A stretch of DNA of 64,000 bases from Escherichia coli. GTDB taxonomy: Bacteria; Pseudomonadota; Gammaproteobacteria; Enterobacterales; Enterobacteriaceae. The stretch is from the NCBI RefSeq assembly GCF_030013205.1, contig NZ_CP122648.1; one strand, written 5' to 3'. The translations under genes were made by a program, and so were the position numbers. Within the stretch, counting starts at the first letter, position 1, and each line of letters starts with the position of its first letter. This document shows positions 38,545 through 46,594 of this stretch, in pieces. The notes beneath the pieces were generated by a model that was not told the origin of the DNA, did no database searches, and saw nothing but the letters and a program-made list of their open reading frames with translations.

Positions 38545-39528
38545 ATGGCAACACGAATTGAATTTCACAAGCACGGTGGCCCGGAAGTACTTCAAGCCGT
38601 AGAGTTCACTCCTGCCGATCCGGCGGAGAATGAAATCCAGGTCGAAAATAAAGCCATCGGCATCAATTTTATCGACACGTATATCCGCAGCGGCCTTTAC
38701 CCGCCGCCATCACTACCCTGCGGATTAGGCACCGAAGCGGCAGGCATCGTGAGTAAAGTCGGCAGTGGTGTAAAGCATATTAAGGCAGGCGATCGTGTAG
38801 TCTATGCGCAGTCGGCGTTAGGCGCTTACAGCTCTGTGCATAACATTAATGCGGATAAAGCGGCGATTCTGCCTGCGGCAATTTCTTTTGAGCAAGCGGC
38901 GGCATCCTTCCTGAAAGGCTTAACGGTTTATTATCTGCTGCGCAAAACCTATGAAATTAAACCCGATGAGCAGTTCCTGTTCCACGCAGCGGCTGGCGGC
39001 GTTGGCTTAATTGCTTGCCAGTGGGCAAAAGCCCTTGGGGCGAAACTTATCGGCACCGTGGGAACCGCGCAAAAAGCGCAGAGTGCGCTAAAAGCGGGCG
39101 CATGGCAGGTTATTAACTATCGCGAAGAGAATCTGGTCGAGCGATTGAAAGAGATCACCGGTGGCAAGAAAGTGCGCGTGGTGTACGATTCCGTGGGCAG
39201 AGACACCTGGGAACGGTCGCTTGATTGCCTGCAACGCCGCGGCTTAATGGTGAGCTTTGGCAACTCATCAGGTGCGGTTACCGGTGTGAACTTAGGCATT
39301 CTCAATCAGAAAGGCTCGTTGTATGTGACACGCCCTTCCCTGCAAGGCTATATCACCACGCGGGAGGAATTAACCGAGGCCAGTAATGAGCTGTTCTCTT
39401 TGATTGCCAGCGGTGTGATTAAGGTCGATGTCACCGAGCAGCAGAAATATCCGCTTAAGGATGCACAGCGTGCGCATGCGATTCTGGAAAGCCGGGCGAC
39501 GCAAGGTTCCAGCCTGTTGATTCCATAA
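38545..39528 (+). CDS. qorA: NADPH:quinone oxidoreductase QorA (327 aa)
   Basis: Start MATRIEFHKHGGPEVLQ; MDR/zeta-crystallin fold with AAGGVGL cofactor motif. Confidence 0.9.
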   Translation: MATRIEFHKHGGPEVLQAVEFTPADPAENEIQVENKAIGINFIDTYIRSGLYPPPSLPCGLGTEAAGIVSKVGSGVKHIKAGDRVVYAQSALGAYSSVHNINADKAAILPAAISFEQAAASFLKGLTVYYLLRKTYEIKPDEQFLFHAAAGGVGLIACQWAKALGAKLIGTVGTAQKAQSALKAGAWQVINYREENLVERLKEITGGKKVRVVYDSVGRDTWERSLDCLQRRGLMVSFGNSSGAVTGVNLGILNQKGSLYVTRPSLQGYITTREELTEASNELFSLIASGVIKVDVTEQQKYPLKDAQRAHAILESRATQGSSLLIP

Positions 39529-39535
39529 AAGAAAT

Positions 39536-39566
39536 AGGGCTTCCACCTGGGAAGCCCTTTCTTTTT
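39536..39566 (+). terminator. Intrinsic terminator after qorA
   Basis: AGGGCTTCC-acct-GGGAAGCCCT followed by TTCTTTTT. Confidence 0.85.
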
Positions 39567-39693
39567 ATAGTTCGGCTGTATGTAGGGTACAGCACGATGA
39601 ATCTGTTAGAGGCGCAATAGTGACAGATTTGATTATCAATTCCTATTTTGTTCTAAGGATAAAACCTTAGGTTGTGATCATCCGCACAATCCC

Positions 39694-39936
39694 TTAGTAA
39701 CGCCAGCGGTCATAACGCTGATATTTAGGCACTTTTGGTGCTTTAATCGCCTTAATAACCCACACCACCGCAATCGCCAGTAGTAACCACGGCAGCAACT
39801 TAATCATCAATGCCAGCATACCGCCGAGGAACATAATGGCCGTCGCCACAACCAGCGCTGCGATAATACCCAGCAACGAAACGCCGGTGACCATCAGCAT
39901 GACAAAAAAGCCAATCACAAAAAGTAGTTCCAGCAT
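39694..39936 (-). CDS. pspG: Phage-shock protein G, PspG (80 aa membrane protein)
   Basis: Start MLELLFVIGFFVMLM; two TM helices; sigma54 promoter upstream. Confidence 0.85.
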   Translation of the reverse strand: MLELLFVIGFFVMLMVTGVSLLGIIAALVVATAIMFLGGMLALMIKLLPWLLLAIAVVWVIKAIKAPKVPKYQRYDRWRY

Positions 39937-39968
39937 GATGCTCTCCCAAATATGAAATCTCTTGCTGG

Positions 39969-39987
39969 CATTACAAGAATCATGCCA
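39969..39987 (-). promoter_or_regulatory. sigma54 promoter of pspG
   Basis: Minus strand reads TGGCATGATTCTTGTAAT (GG-N10-TG, pspA-like -24/-12), ~35 bp upstream of the pspG ATG. Confidence 0.55.
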
Positions 39988-40069
39988 AAAATAATCTATT
40001 GATTTAACAGCAAAACGCCCCGCGACGGTGCGCAGGGCGTGGTGAATTTGACTACTTTTTGGTGAAAAG

Positions 40070-41107
40070 TTAACGCTTATCTGCCACCAGTTTGAGCGCG
40101 TGTTCCAGCACGTTAATGTCAGCACCAGCTTTATGGGCATTTTCACTTAAATAACGCCGCCACTGCCGCGCGCCAGGAATACCCTGGAACAAGCCCAGCA
40201 TATGCCGGGTAATATGGCCAAGATACGTCCCCTGGCTGAGTTCACGCTCAATGTACGGATACATGGCGCGCACTACCGCCACCGGATCGGCATCGGTATC
40301 CGAGGAACCAAAGATCTCTCGGTCTACCGCCGCCAGAATACCCGGATTCTGATACGCTTCGCGCCCGACCATCACGCCATCCATATGTTGCAAATGCGCT
40401 TTTGCCTCTTCCAGCGACTTGATGCCACCGTTAATCGACATTGTCAGATGCGGAAAGTCACGCTTCAGTTGATACACACGCGGATAATCGAGCGGCGGGA
40501 TTTCACGGTTTTCTTTCGGGCTTAACCCCGAAAGCCAGGCTTTACGTGCGTGGATGATGAACATCTCACACTCGCCTTTGCCGGAAACGGTGTTGATGAA
40601 ATCGCAGAGAAATTCATAGCTGTCCTGGTCGTCGATGCCAATACGCGTTTTCACCGTCACCGGAATCGACACCACATCGCGCATCGCTTTCACGCAGTCG
40701 GCAACCAGCTGCGCATTACCCATCAGACACGCCCCAAACATGCCGTTCTGCACCCGGTCAGACGGGCAGCCGACATTCAGGTTGATCTCATCATATCCGC
40801 GCGCTTCTGCCAGCTTTGCACACTGCGCCAGCGCCGCCGGATCGCTACCGCCCAGTTGCAATGCTACCGGATGTTCTTCTTCACTGTACGCCAGGTAATC
40901 ACCTTTACCGTGAATAATCGCCCCTGTAGTCACCATTTCGGTATACAGCAACGTATTGCGGGAAAGCAGACGCAAGAAATAGCGGCAATGTCTGTCCGTC
41001 CAGTCGAGCATAGGAGCAATGCTAAACCGAGAATTCCAGTAAACACCAGTTTTTTCAGGCATCACGCTGGTTTGATTAATTTTTTGTGTTTCATGATTAT
41101 CGTGCAT
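40070..41107 (-). CDS. dusA: tRNA-dihydrouridine synthase A, DusA (5' end adjoins prophage integrase; alternative start at 41062)
   Basis: TIM-barrel Dus signature (..[11 protein letters not shown].., ..IHARKAWL..); 345-aa ORF. Confidence 0.9.
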   Translation of the reverse strand: MHDNHETQKINQTSVMPEKTGVYWNSRFSIAPMLDWTDRHCRYFLRLLSRNTLLYTEMVTTGAIIHGKGDYLAYSEEEHPVALQLGGSDPAALAQCAKLAEARGYDEINLNVGCPSDRVQNGMFGACLMGNAQLVADCVKAMRDVVSIPVTVKTRIGIDDQDSYEFLCDFINTVSGKGECEMFIIHARKAWLSGLSPKENREIPPLDYPRVYQLKRDFPHLTMSINGGIKSLEEAKAHLQHMDGVMVGREAYQNPGILAAVDREIFGSSDTDADPVAVVRAMYPYIERELSQGTYLGHITRHMLGLFQGIPGARQWRRYLSENAHKAGADINVLEHALKLVADKR

Positions 41108-41195
41108 TTTTGAACATTTCAGGCTATTTTTCTCGCGTTAGGTTCCCGCACAGGTTCCCACGTTTTATGGGAACCCGAAATAACGAGGTCGTGTA

Positions 41196-42293
41196 ATGGC
41201 GTACTATAACATAGAGAAACGACTAAAATCCGATGGCACACCACGCTATCGCTGTAATGTGATTATCAAAGAAAAAGGTGTTATCACTTACAGGGAAAGC
41301 AAAACATTCCCTAAACATGCTCATGCCAAAACATGGGGAACACAGAAAGTGATGGAATTAGATCTATATGGCATTCCATCATCAAATGCAGTTGACGGAC
41401 TTACAGTCCGTGACTTACTACACAAATATTTAAATGACCCAAATGCCGGAGGTAAAGCAGGCCGTACTAAAAGATATGTGCTGGAACTGCTTATGGATAG
41501 TGACATCTCCGCGATCAAACTATCTGAACTGACAGAAAATGACGTAATTGAACATTGCAGGCTAAGAAACAACGCTGGTGCAGGTCCAGCAACAGTCAGC
41601 CACGATGTTAGTTATCTTGGCAGTGTTCTGGATGCGGCCAAACCTGTATACGGAATTAATTACACATCAAACCCGGCGAAAAGCGCTCGCCCATATCTAC
41701 TTAAACTTGGTTTGATTGGTAAATCAAACCGTCGTAATCGTAGACCAGCATCTGATGAACTGGACATGCTCATTGAAGGCCTTCAACAACGATCTACTCA
41801 TAAATGCTCAAAAATTCCGTTCGTTGATATCCTCAAATTTTCTGTGTGGTCCTGTATGCGGATCGGAGAAGTATGCCGGTTACGATGGGAAGATCTCGAC
41901 CAGGAACAAAAATCTATACTCGTAAGAGACAGGAAAGATCCACGCAAAAAGGAAGGCAACCACATGAAAGTAGCCTTGCTTGGGGAAGCCTGGGATATCG
42001 TCCAACGACAGCCCAAAAAATCGGAATTCATTTTTCCATATAACAGCACTTCTGTTACTGCAGGATTTCAGAGGGTAAGAAGCAAATTAGGTATTAAAGA
42101 TCTGCGATACCATGATTTGCGTAGAGAAGGGGCAAGTCGCTTATTTGAGGCTGGTTTTAGTATTGAGGAAGTCGCTCAGGTTACAGGGCATCGTTCATTA
42201 AACGTGCTATGGCAGGTATATACCGAACTGTATCCGAAATCTTTACATAATCGTTTTGAAGAGCTCCAAAGGAGCAGAAATAAGACCTCTTGA
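41196..42293 (+). CDS. int: Tyrosine site-specific integrase (dusA-associated type, 365 aa)
   Basis: C-terminal catalytic domain with R..HxxR..Y layout (..MRIGEVCRLRWEDL.., ..RYHDLRREGASR.., ..VTGHRSLNVLWQVY..); located next to dusA 5' end. Confidence 0.9.
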   Translation: MAYYNIEKRLKSDGTPRYRCNVIIKEKGVITYRESKTFPKHAHAKTWGTQKVMELDLYGIPSSNAVDGLTVRDLLHKYLNDPNAGGKAGRTKRYVLELLMDSDISAIKLSELTENDVIEHCRLRNNAGAGPATVSHDVSYLGSVLDAAKPVYGINYTSNPAKSARPYLLKLGLIGKSNRRNRRPASDELDMLIEGLQQRSTHKCSKIPFVDILKFSVWSCMRIGEVCRLRWEDLDQEQKSILVRDRKDPRKKEGNHMKVALLGEAWDIVQRQPKKSEFIFPYNSTSVTAGFQRVRSKLGIKDLRYHDLRREGASRLFEAGFSIEEVAQVTGHRSLNVLWQVYTELYPKSLHNRFEELQRSRNKTS

Positions 42294-42295
42294 CA

Positions 42296-42339
42296 CTGTT
42301 TATCCATACAGTTAAAAATAACACTGTATACAAACACAG
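42296..42339. promoter_or_regulatory. Two tandem consensus LexA (SOS) boxes upstream of the dinI-like gene
   Basis: CTGTTTATCCATACAG (42296-42311) and CTGTATACAAACACAG (42324-42339): both perfect CTGT-N8-ACAG. Confidence 0.8.
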
Positions 42340-42354
42340 TATAGAGGGACTTTT

Positions 42355-42603
42355 ATGCGTATTGAGATCTGCATAGCCAAAGAAAAAATGACTAAAATGC
42401 CAAACGGTGCTGTGGATGCGTTAAAGGAAGAATTAACCCGACGCATCAGTAAACGTTATGACGATGTAGAGGTGATCGTAAAAGCCACCAGCAACGATGG
42501 CCTTTCTGTTACGCGCACCGCCGATAAAGATTCAGCTAAAACTTTTGTTCAGGAAACTCTGAAAGATACCTGGGAGTCTGCTGACGAGTGGTTTGTTCAC
42601 TAA
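42355..42603 (+). CDS. DinI-family SOS-modulating protein (82 aa)
   Basis: MRIEICIAK...GAVDAL.EEL.RRI...[16 protein letters not shown] closely parallels DinI (MRIEVTIAK...ETWESADDWFV). Confidence 0.85.
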   Translation: MRIEICIAKEKMTKMPNGAVDALKEELTRRISKRYDDVEVIVKATSNDGLSVTRTADKDSAKTFVQETLKDTWESADEWFVH

Positions 42604-42720
42604 TTAGCACGTAAAATCAGTAACGGCTGGAAATCATTCAATACTCGCACTATCGAAAGTTAACCAGCCAGCCGCAGTATCCTATCATGACAAGTTACTG
42701 CGGCTTTTTACTTTTTATAT

Positions 42721-43023
42721 TTAACGGATCAACATCCAGATCAGCAGACACGCCACCACCGGCACAGCAAAATCCATCAGGCTTGCTACATCCCACGCGC
42801 GTAGATCAAAACCGCCCCACCACGGCATATTCATACGCTTGCCATGCCCGAACATTTCAATCCAGCGATATTCTGCCTGGGTGTGTTCCCGCGCAATGAA
42901 GAATGTACAACCGGCTATCGCCCCGTAAGCCCAGTTTCCGGTAAAAAGACCAACCAGTACCTGCGCAGCCACAGCACAAAGTGCATGAAGGAAAGGTGTT
43001 ATATCCATTTTCATCCCACCCAA
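42721..43023 (-). CDS. Small hydrophobic prophage protein, function unknown
   Basis: 100-aa ORF with 2-3 hydrophobic helices; downstream of the tail fibre genes. Confidence 0.4.
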   Translation of the reverse strand: MGGMKMDITPFLHALCAVAAQVLVGLFTGNWAYGAIAGCTFFIAREHTQAEYRWIEMFGHGKRMNMPWWGGFDLRAWDVASLMDFAVPVVACLLIWMLIR

Positions 43024-43050
43024 TAAAACGGGGCGCTCGGCCCCTTAATA

Positions 43051-44091
43051 TTATTTAGACGCAAGCGCCGCCTCAATTGCAGATAATCTTTGTTTTAATT
43101 CTGCGTTTTCTTCTTCCAGTGCTGTTATTCTGTCGTCTGACTCTCTGGCTACCTGAACAAGCAAGCCAGTAATACCAGAATAATCTACTGTGTAATAACG
43201 TTCACCTTCTTCACCTTCCGATCCGCTTGCACCGTCCTGATATTTCACTGCGGAACCTACAACTTCTGGGATTGCTTCCAGAGCTTCCTGTGCAATGACA
43301 CCAGCATAGGGCATACCGTTTTCTTTAAGCGTGTATGTATAGCCGTTCATTTTACGGATGCGGTCGGTTGCATTATCGATCACCTGAATGTTGTCTTTCA
43401 GATCCCGGTCGGAATGCTGGTTAAATGCGGTGGCATGACATGCACCATTAACGCTTAACATATAGGTGTTATCGGTATTTTTCTGCGCATAGAACATATA
43501 AGCGCCACCATCAACACCGACTTCATAAACAACCGGACGGCTGGAGTTGCCCCACAATTTAGCAGTAACACCAGCATAAGCGGTTCCCTGTGTGTTTAAT
43601 GTCATGGTCGACCCGTGATTAGCATATTTGATCTGTAATGTGTCTGTATAATCAAATTTAATCAGGGCATTATCTACACGATCCCCATAGGACATGAGGC
43701 ACTTACCCATTTTCAAATAACCAGCAGTGCCAGGGAAAATTAAAGTTCCTCCGTAAAGATCACTAAAGTCCCAAAAGATACCTTTTGTCCCGTTATGTGT
43801 GACGATCCTCGTCATTGTATCTTTAGTACCATCAATATTTTTTCTGGTATATATGTCACTATAAGCGTTTTCCGTTTCACCAGTCTTATTTGACAAATGC
43901 AGCTTACCGCTGAATATAGTTCCAGTTGTTGGCAATGTTTTTTGATCATAGATTACATTGCAATAACCATTCCATGTTGTTTTATTGTCTACATAAGATT
44001 TTGTTGCGTAGCTTCCTTGATCGTTTTTTAATTTGCTAACGTCGGATTTTAGCGTTTTGATGTCATCAGGAATTACTGTCGATGTAGCCAT
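43051..44091 (-). CDS. Tail fibre / receptor-binding protein with C-terminal intramolecular chaperone (peptidase S74-like) domain (346 aa)
   Basis: C-terminal ..DLKDNIQVIDNATDRIRKMNGYTYTLKE..GVIAQEALEAIPEVV..YTVDYSGITGLLVQV.. followed by a coiled-coil tail; AT-rich. Confidence 0.65.
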   Translation of the reverse strand: MATSTVIPDDIKTLKSDVSKLKNDQGSYATKSYVDNKTTWNGYCNVIYDQKTLPTTGTIFSGKLHLSNKTGETENAYSDIYTRKNIDGTKDTMTRIVTHNGTKGIFWDFSDLYGGTLIFPGTAGYLKMGKCLMSYGDRVDNALIKFDYTDTLQIKYANHGSTMTLNTQGTAYAGVTAKLWGNSSRPVVYEVGVDGGAYMFYAQKNTDNTYMLSVNGACHATAFNQHSDRDLKDNIQVIDNATDRIRKMNGYTYTLKENGMPYAGVIAQEALEAIPEVVGSAVKYQDGASGSEGEEGERYYTVDYSGITGLLVQVARESDDRITALEEENAELKQRLSAIEAALASK

Positions 44092-44100
44092 TTTTCTTCC

Positions 44101-44382
44101 TCACATCCAGCCACGAAGTTGATGCTCAACAGCAACCACGTATTCATCGAATATTGACGGTGTTTTCACATCATTAATGATGCGCACGTTTACAAAATAT
44201 CCGTCTTCCTTAACACATACCGGTTCGCCATCTTCAGTCAGTTCTCCGGTTTCTTTGTACACGTTACCTATCACGTCAATAAGAATATCATCCTGCATCG
44301 ACTCATCATCATAATAGCCGATACTCTCCATAAAGGCCGAAAAGTCGGCCCTGTCGACAAATTTGAGTGTTAAATCTTTCAT
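44101..44382 (-). CDS. Hypothetical acidic phage protein (93 aa)
   Basis: ORF tightly packed between two tail fibre genes; no recognisable motif. Confidence 0.4.
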   Translation of the reverse strand: MKDLTLKFVDRADFSAFMESIGYYDDESMQDDILIDVIGNVYKETGELTEDGEPVCVKEDGYFVNVRIINDVKTPSIFDEYVVAVEHQLRGWM

Positions 44383-46481
44383 TAGATTAACTCCCCCACC
44401 TGAGCATCAGTCAATGCCTTGTGCCATATTCTGAAATTCCTGACATGACCAAATAAATGACGTAACCCGGCTGTAGTCTGGCCTCCAATACGGATAATTG
44501 CGGTGTTCTGAATATAAGACCATGTGGTTTTTGTTTCGCTGGATATACGCCCGTTACTTACTGAGCACGTAGACTGATCTGACTTTACACGCATCCCCAT
44601 AACCATTTTTTCAAGCGATGCGTTTTCGTTTACCAGTCTGTTAGCTCCTCCAATATCGCAATAAGGAAATCCGTCGTAATCTGCTGAAGAACCGAAGCCA
44701 AGAATAATAGCCGCTCCGGTTTGATGACCGCCGGTATCAAAAACACGCGGTGCTGCATTTGGTGTTTTATTCCAGTTTTTATGAGCCTCAACCAGAACTG
44801 TAAAAGGAAGACTATAAAGATTATTCTTAATTGGAACTGTAACCATATCGCTTGCGCGGGTGCTTGCAGTTGTATCAGTTACAATAAATGACGAAGCACT
44901 TGATCCACCTTCCACTTGTGGAGTTGCGATATCCAGATAGTCTCCAGATGCTGTGTCTGAACCTTTTACTGGAGCGTATTGAACCATCGCACCAATCATG
45001 CTCTCTGTATCTAGTGCAGTAATTGTAGCCTGATAGAAAATCCAACCAGTAGCCTCATCTTTTACAGCCTTTGCAATAATACGATTTGCTGCACCACCAG
45101 TTTTATCAATTACAAGTGTTGATAAATTGAGGTAAGCATCTCCCAAAAAAGTGTAAGTAGAACCATCATGATGTTCAAATCTTAAACGACACCTTATATT
45201 TTCAACATCACTTCTGACACGGCATGAAATGGTCACATATTTTTCATCACCTGTGACATCAAATCCTTTACTGCCAGAAACCGTTACGATACTAATCGCA
45301 CTTGTTTGACCAATAAGAGTATCTTTTACAGTAAATCTACCATAAGTAAAATTAAAAGAATCCGTGGATATTTCTGTGAGTTCCAGATTGCTTGACTTAT
45401 TCCATTTAGATGGATTTGTTGAATTAAGCAGAAGATTAGTTCTTTGCCCCTCAATAAGCAGGCCATCACGTTCAAATCGTGGCTCGTCAATGGCAGCCTC
45501 TGTCAGCACACCAGATTTATTAATATAGGTTGCTTTCGATGCGCGTTTAAACTTTACAACCTTATCGCCAGGCATCGTTATTTCATCATCACCAATAACA
45601 ATCTTTTTATATGACGGCGAAAACCCCGTAATCATATCCAGTGAATCGTTAAATGGTATCCACACATCAGGAAGCGGCTGCAATACTTGTTTATACGGCT
45701 CCGCAGCCTGGCTTGCATACTCTCTGGCTGCATCCTCACTTGCTTTAGCTGCTGTCTGGCTTGCAGCGGATGCTTTCGCCGAGTTAGCCGCCGCAGTCTC
45801 GCTCGCCTTTGCGTTGGTTTCACTGGTTTTTGCAGCTTTTTGACTGTTGGCTGATGCAGTGGCAGAAGAAGCCGCCGCACTTGCAGAACCAGCTGCGGCA
45901 CTCTCGCTTTGGGCTGCTGCATCCTGACTGTTTTTCGCCGCAGTTTCGCTGGCTTTGGCATTCGTTTCGCTGGTCTTCGCTGCCGTCTGGCTGGACTTTG
46001 CGTTAGTTTCACTCGTCTTCGCAGCTTTCTGGCTGTTAGCCGCAGCAGTTGCTGATCCAGCTGCTGAAGTCGCAGAACCGGCTGCCGCGCTCTCGCTTTG
46101 GGCTGCTGAAACCTGGCTGTTTTTTGCTGCAGTTTCACTGGCTTTAGCATTCGTTTCGCTGGTCTTCGCTGCCGTCTGGCTGGACTTTGCGTTGGTTTCG
46201 CTCGTCTTTGCGGCTGTCTCGCTATTTTTCGCGTTGGTTTCTGATTTTTTGGCTGCTGTCGCGTAGTTTGCCGATGCAGTCTTTGAGGTCGCTGCCGCCT
46301 GTGCACTATTAGCTGCATTCGTTTCTGAGGTTTTCGCTGCGTTCTTCGATGATGCCGCTGCAGTTTCGGATTTCTTTGCCGCCGCTGCGCTCTGAGAGGC
46401 GGCTTCGGCGTTGCGTGCCGCTTCTTCCACCATTGCCTCAAAACGACGCAATGCCTCCGGCATGACATCATCTTCCGTCAA
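44382..46481 (-). CDS. Side tail fibre protein (Stf-like) with repetitive Ala/Ser/Thr/Lys-rich N-terminal shaft (699 aa)
   Basis: N-terminal region built of SETNAK / AAKTSETNAK repeats like lambdoid Stf; immediately downstream of J. Confidence 0.8.
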   Translation of the reverse strand: MTEDDVMPEALRRFEAMVEEAARNAEAASQSAAAAKKSETAAASSKNAAKTSETNAANSAQAAATSKTASANYATAAKKSETNAKNSETAAKTSETNAKSSQTAAKTSETNAKASETAAKNSQVSAAQSESAAAGSATSAAGSATAAANSQKAAKTSETNAKSSQTAAKTSETNAKASETAAKNSQDAAAQSESAAAGSASAAASSATASANSQKAAKTSETNAKASETAAANSAKASAASQTAAKASEDAAREYASQAAEPYKQVLQPLPDVWIPFNDSLDMITGFSPSYKKIVIGDDEITMPGDKVVKFKRASKATYINKSGVLTEAAIDEPRFERDGLLIEGQRTNLLLNSTNPSKWNKSSNLELTEISTDSFNFTYGRFTVKDTLIGQTSAISIVTVSGSKGFDVTGDEKYVTISCRVRSDVENIRCRLRFEHHDGSTYTFLGDAYLNLSTLVIDKTGGAANRIIAKAVKDEATGWIFYQATITALDTESMIGAMVQYAPVKGSDTASGDYLDIATPQVEGGSSASSFIVTDTTASTRASDMVTVPIKNNLYSLPFTVLVEAHKNWNKTPNAAPRVFDTGGHQTGAAIILGFGSSADYDGFPYCDIGGANRLVNENASLEKMVMGMRVKSDQSTCSVSNGRISSETKTTWSYIQNTAIIRIGGQTTAGLRHLFGHVRNFRIWHKALTDAQVGELI
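45800..46400. repeat. Nested tandem repeats inside the stf-like gene (189-bp duplication built from degenerate 21-bp units)
   Basis: Near-identical copies with period 189 bp (e.g. GGCTTTGGCATTCGTTTCGCTGGTCTTCGCTGCCGTCTGGCTGGACTTTGCGTT at 45951 and again at 46140); 21-bp sub-periodicity. Confidence 0.85.
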
Positions 46482-46594
46482 CCAGCCAGACTACTGCGGA
46501 CAGAATAACAGCACATAATTTACGCATAATTACCTCTCGCTTTTCTGCAATAAAAAAGGCGTCATTTCTGACGCCCGTATTGGGGTTATAAAAT

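Noticed and set aside
45632-46471. 279-aa Arg/Gln/Lys-rich ORF overlapping the stf-like gene
   Set aside because: Alternative-frame read of the 21-bp / 189-bp tandem repeats; a repeat artefact, not a gene.
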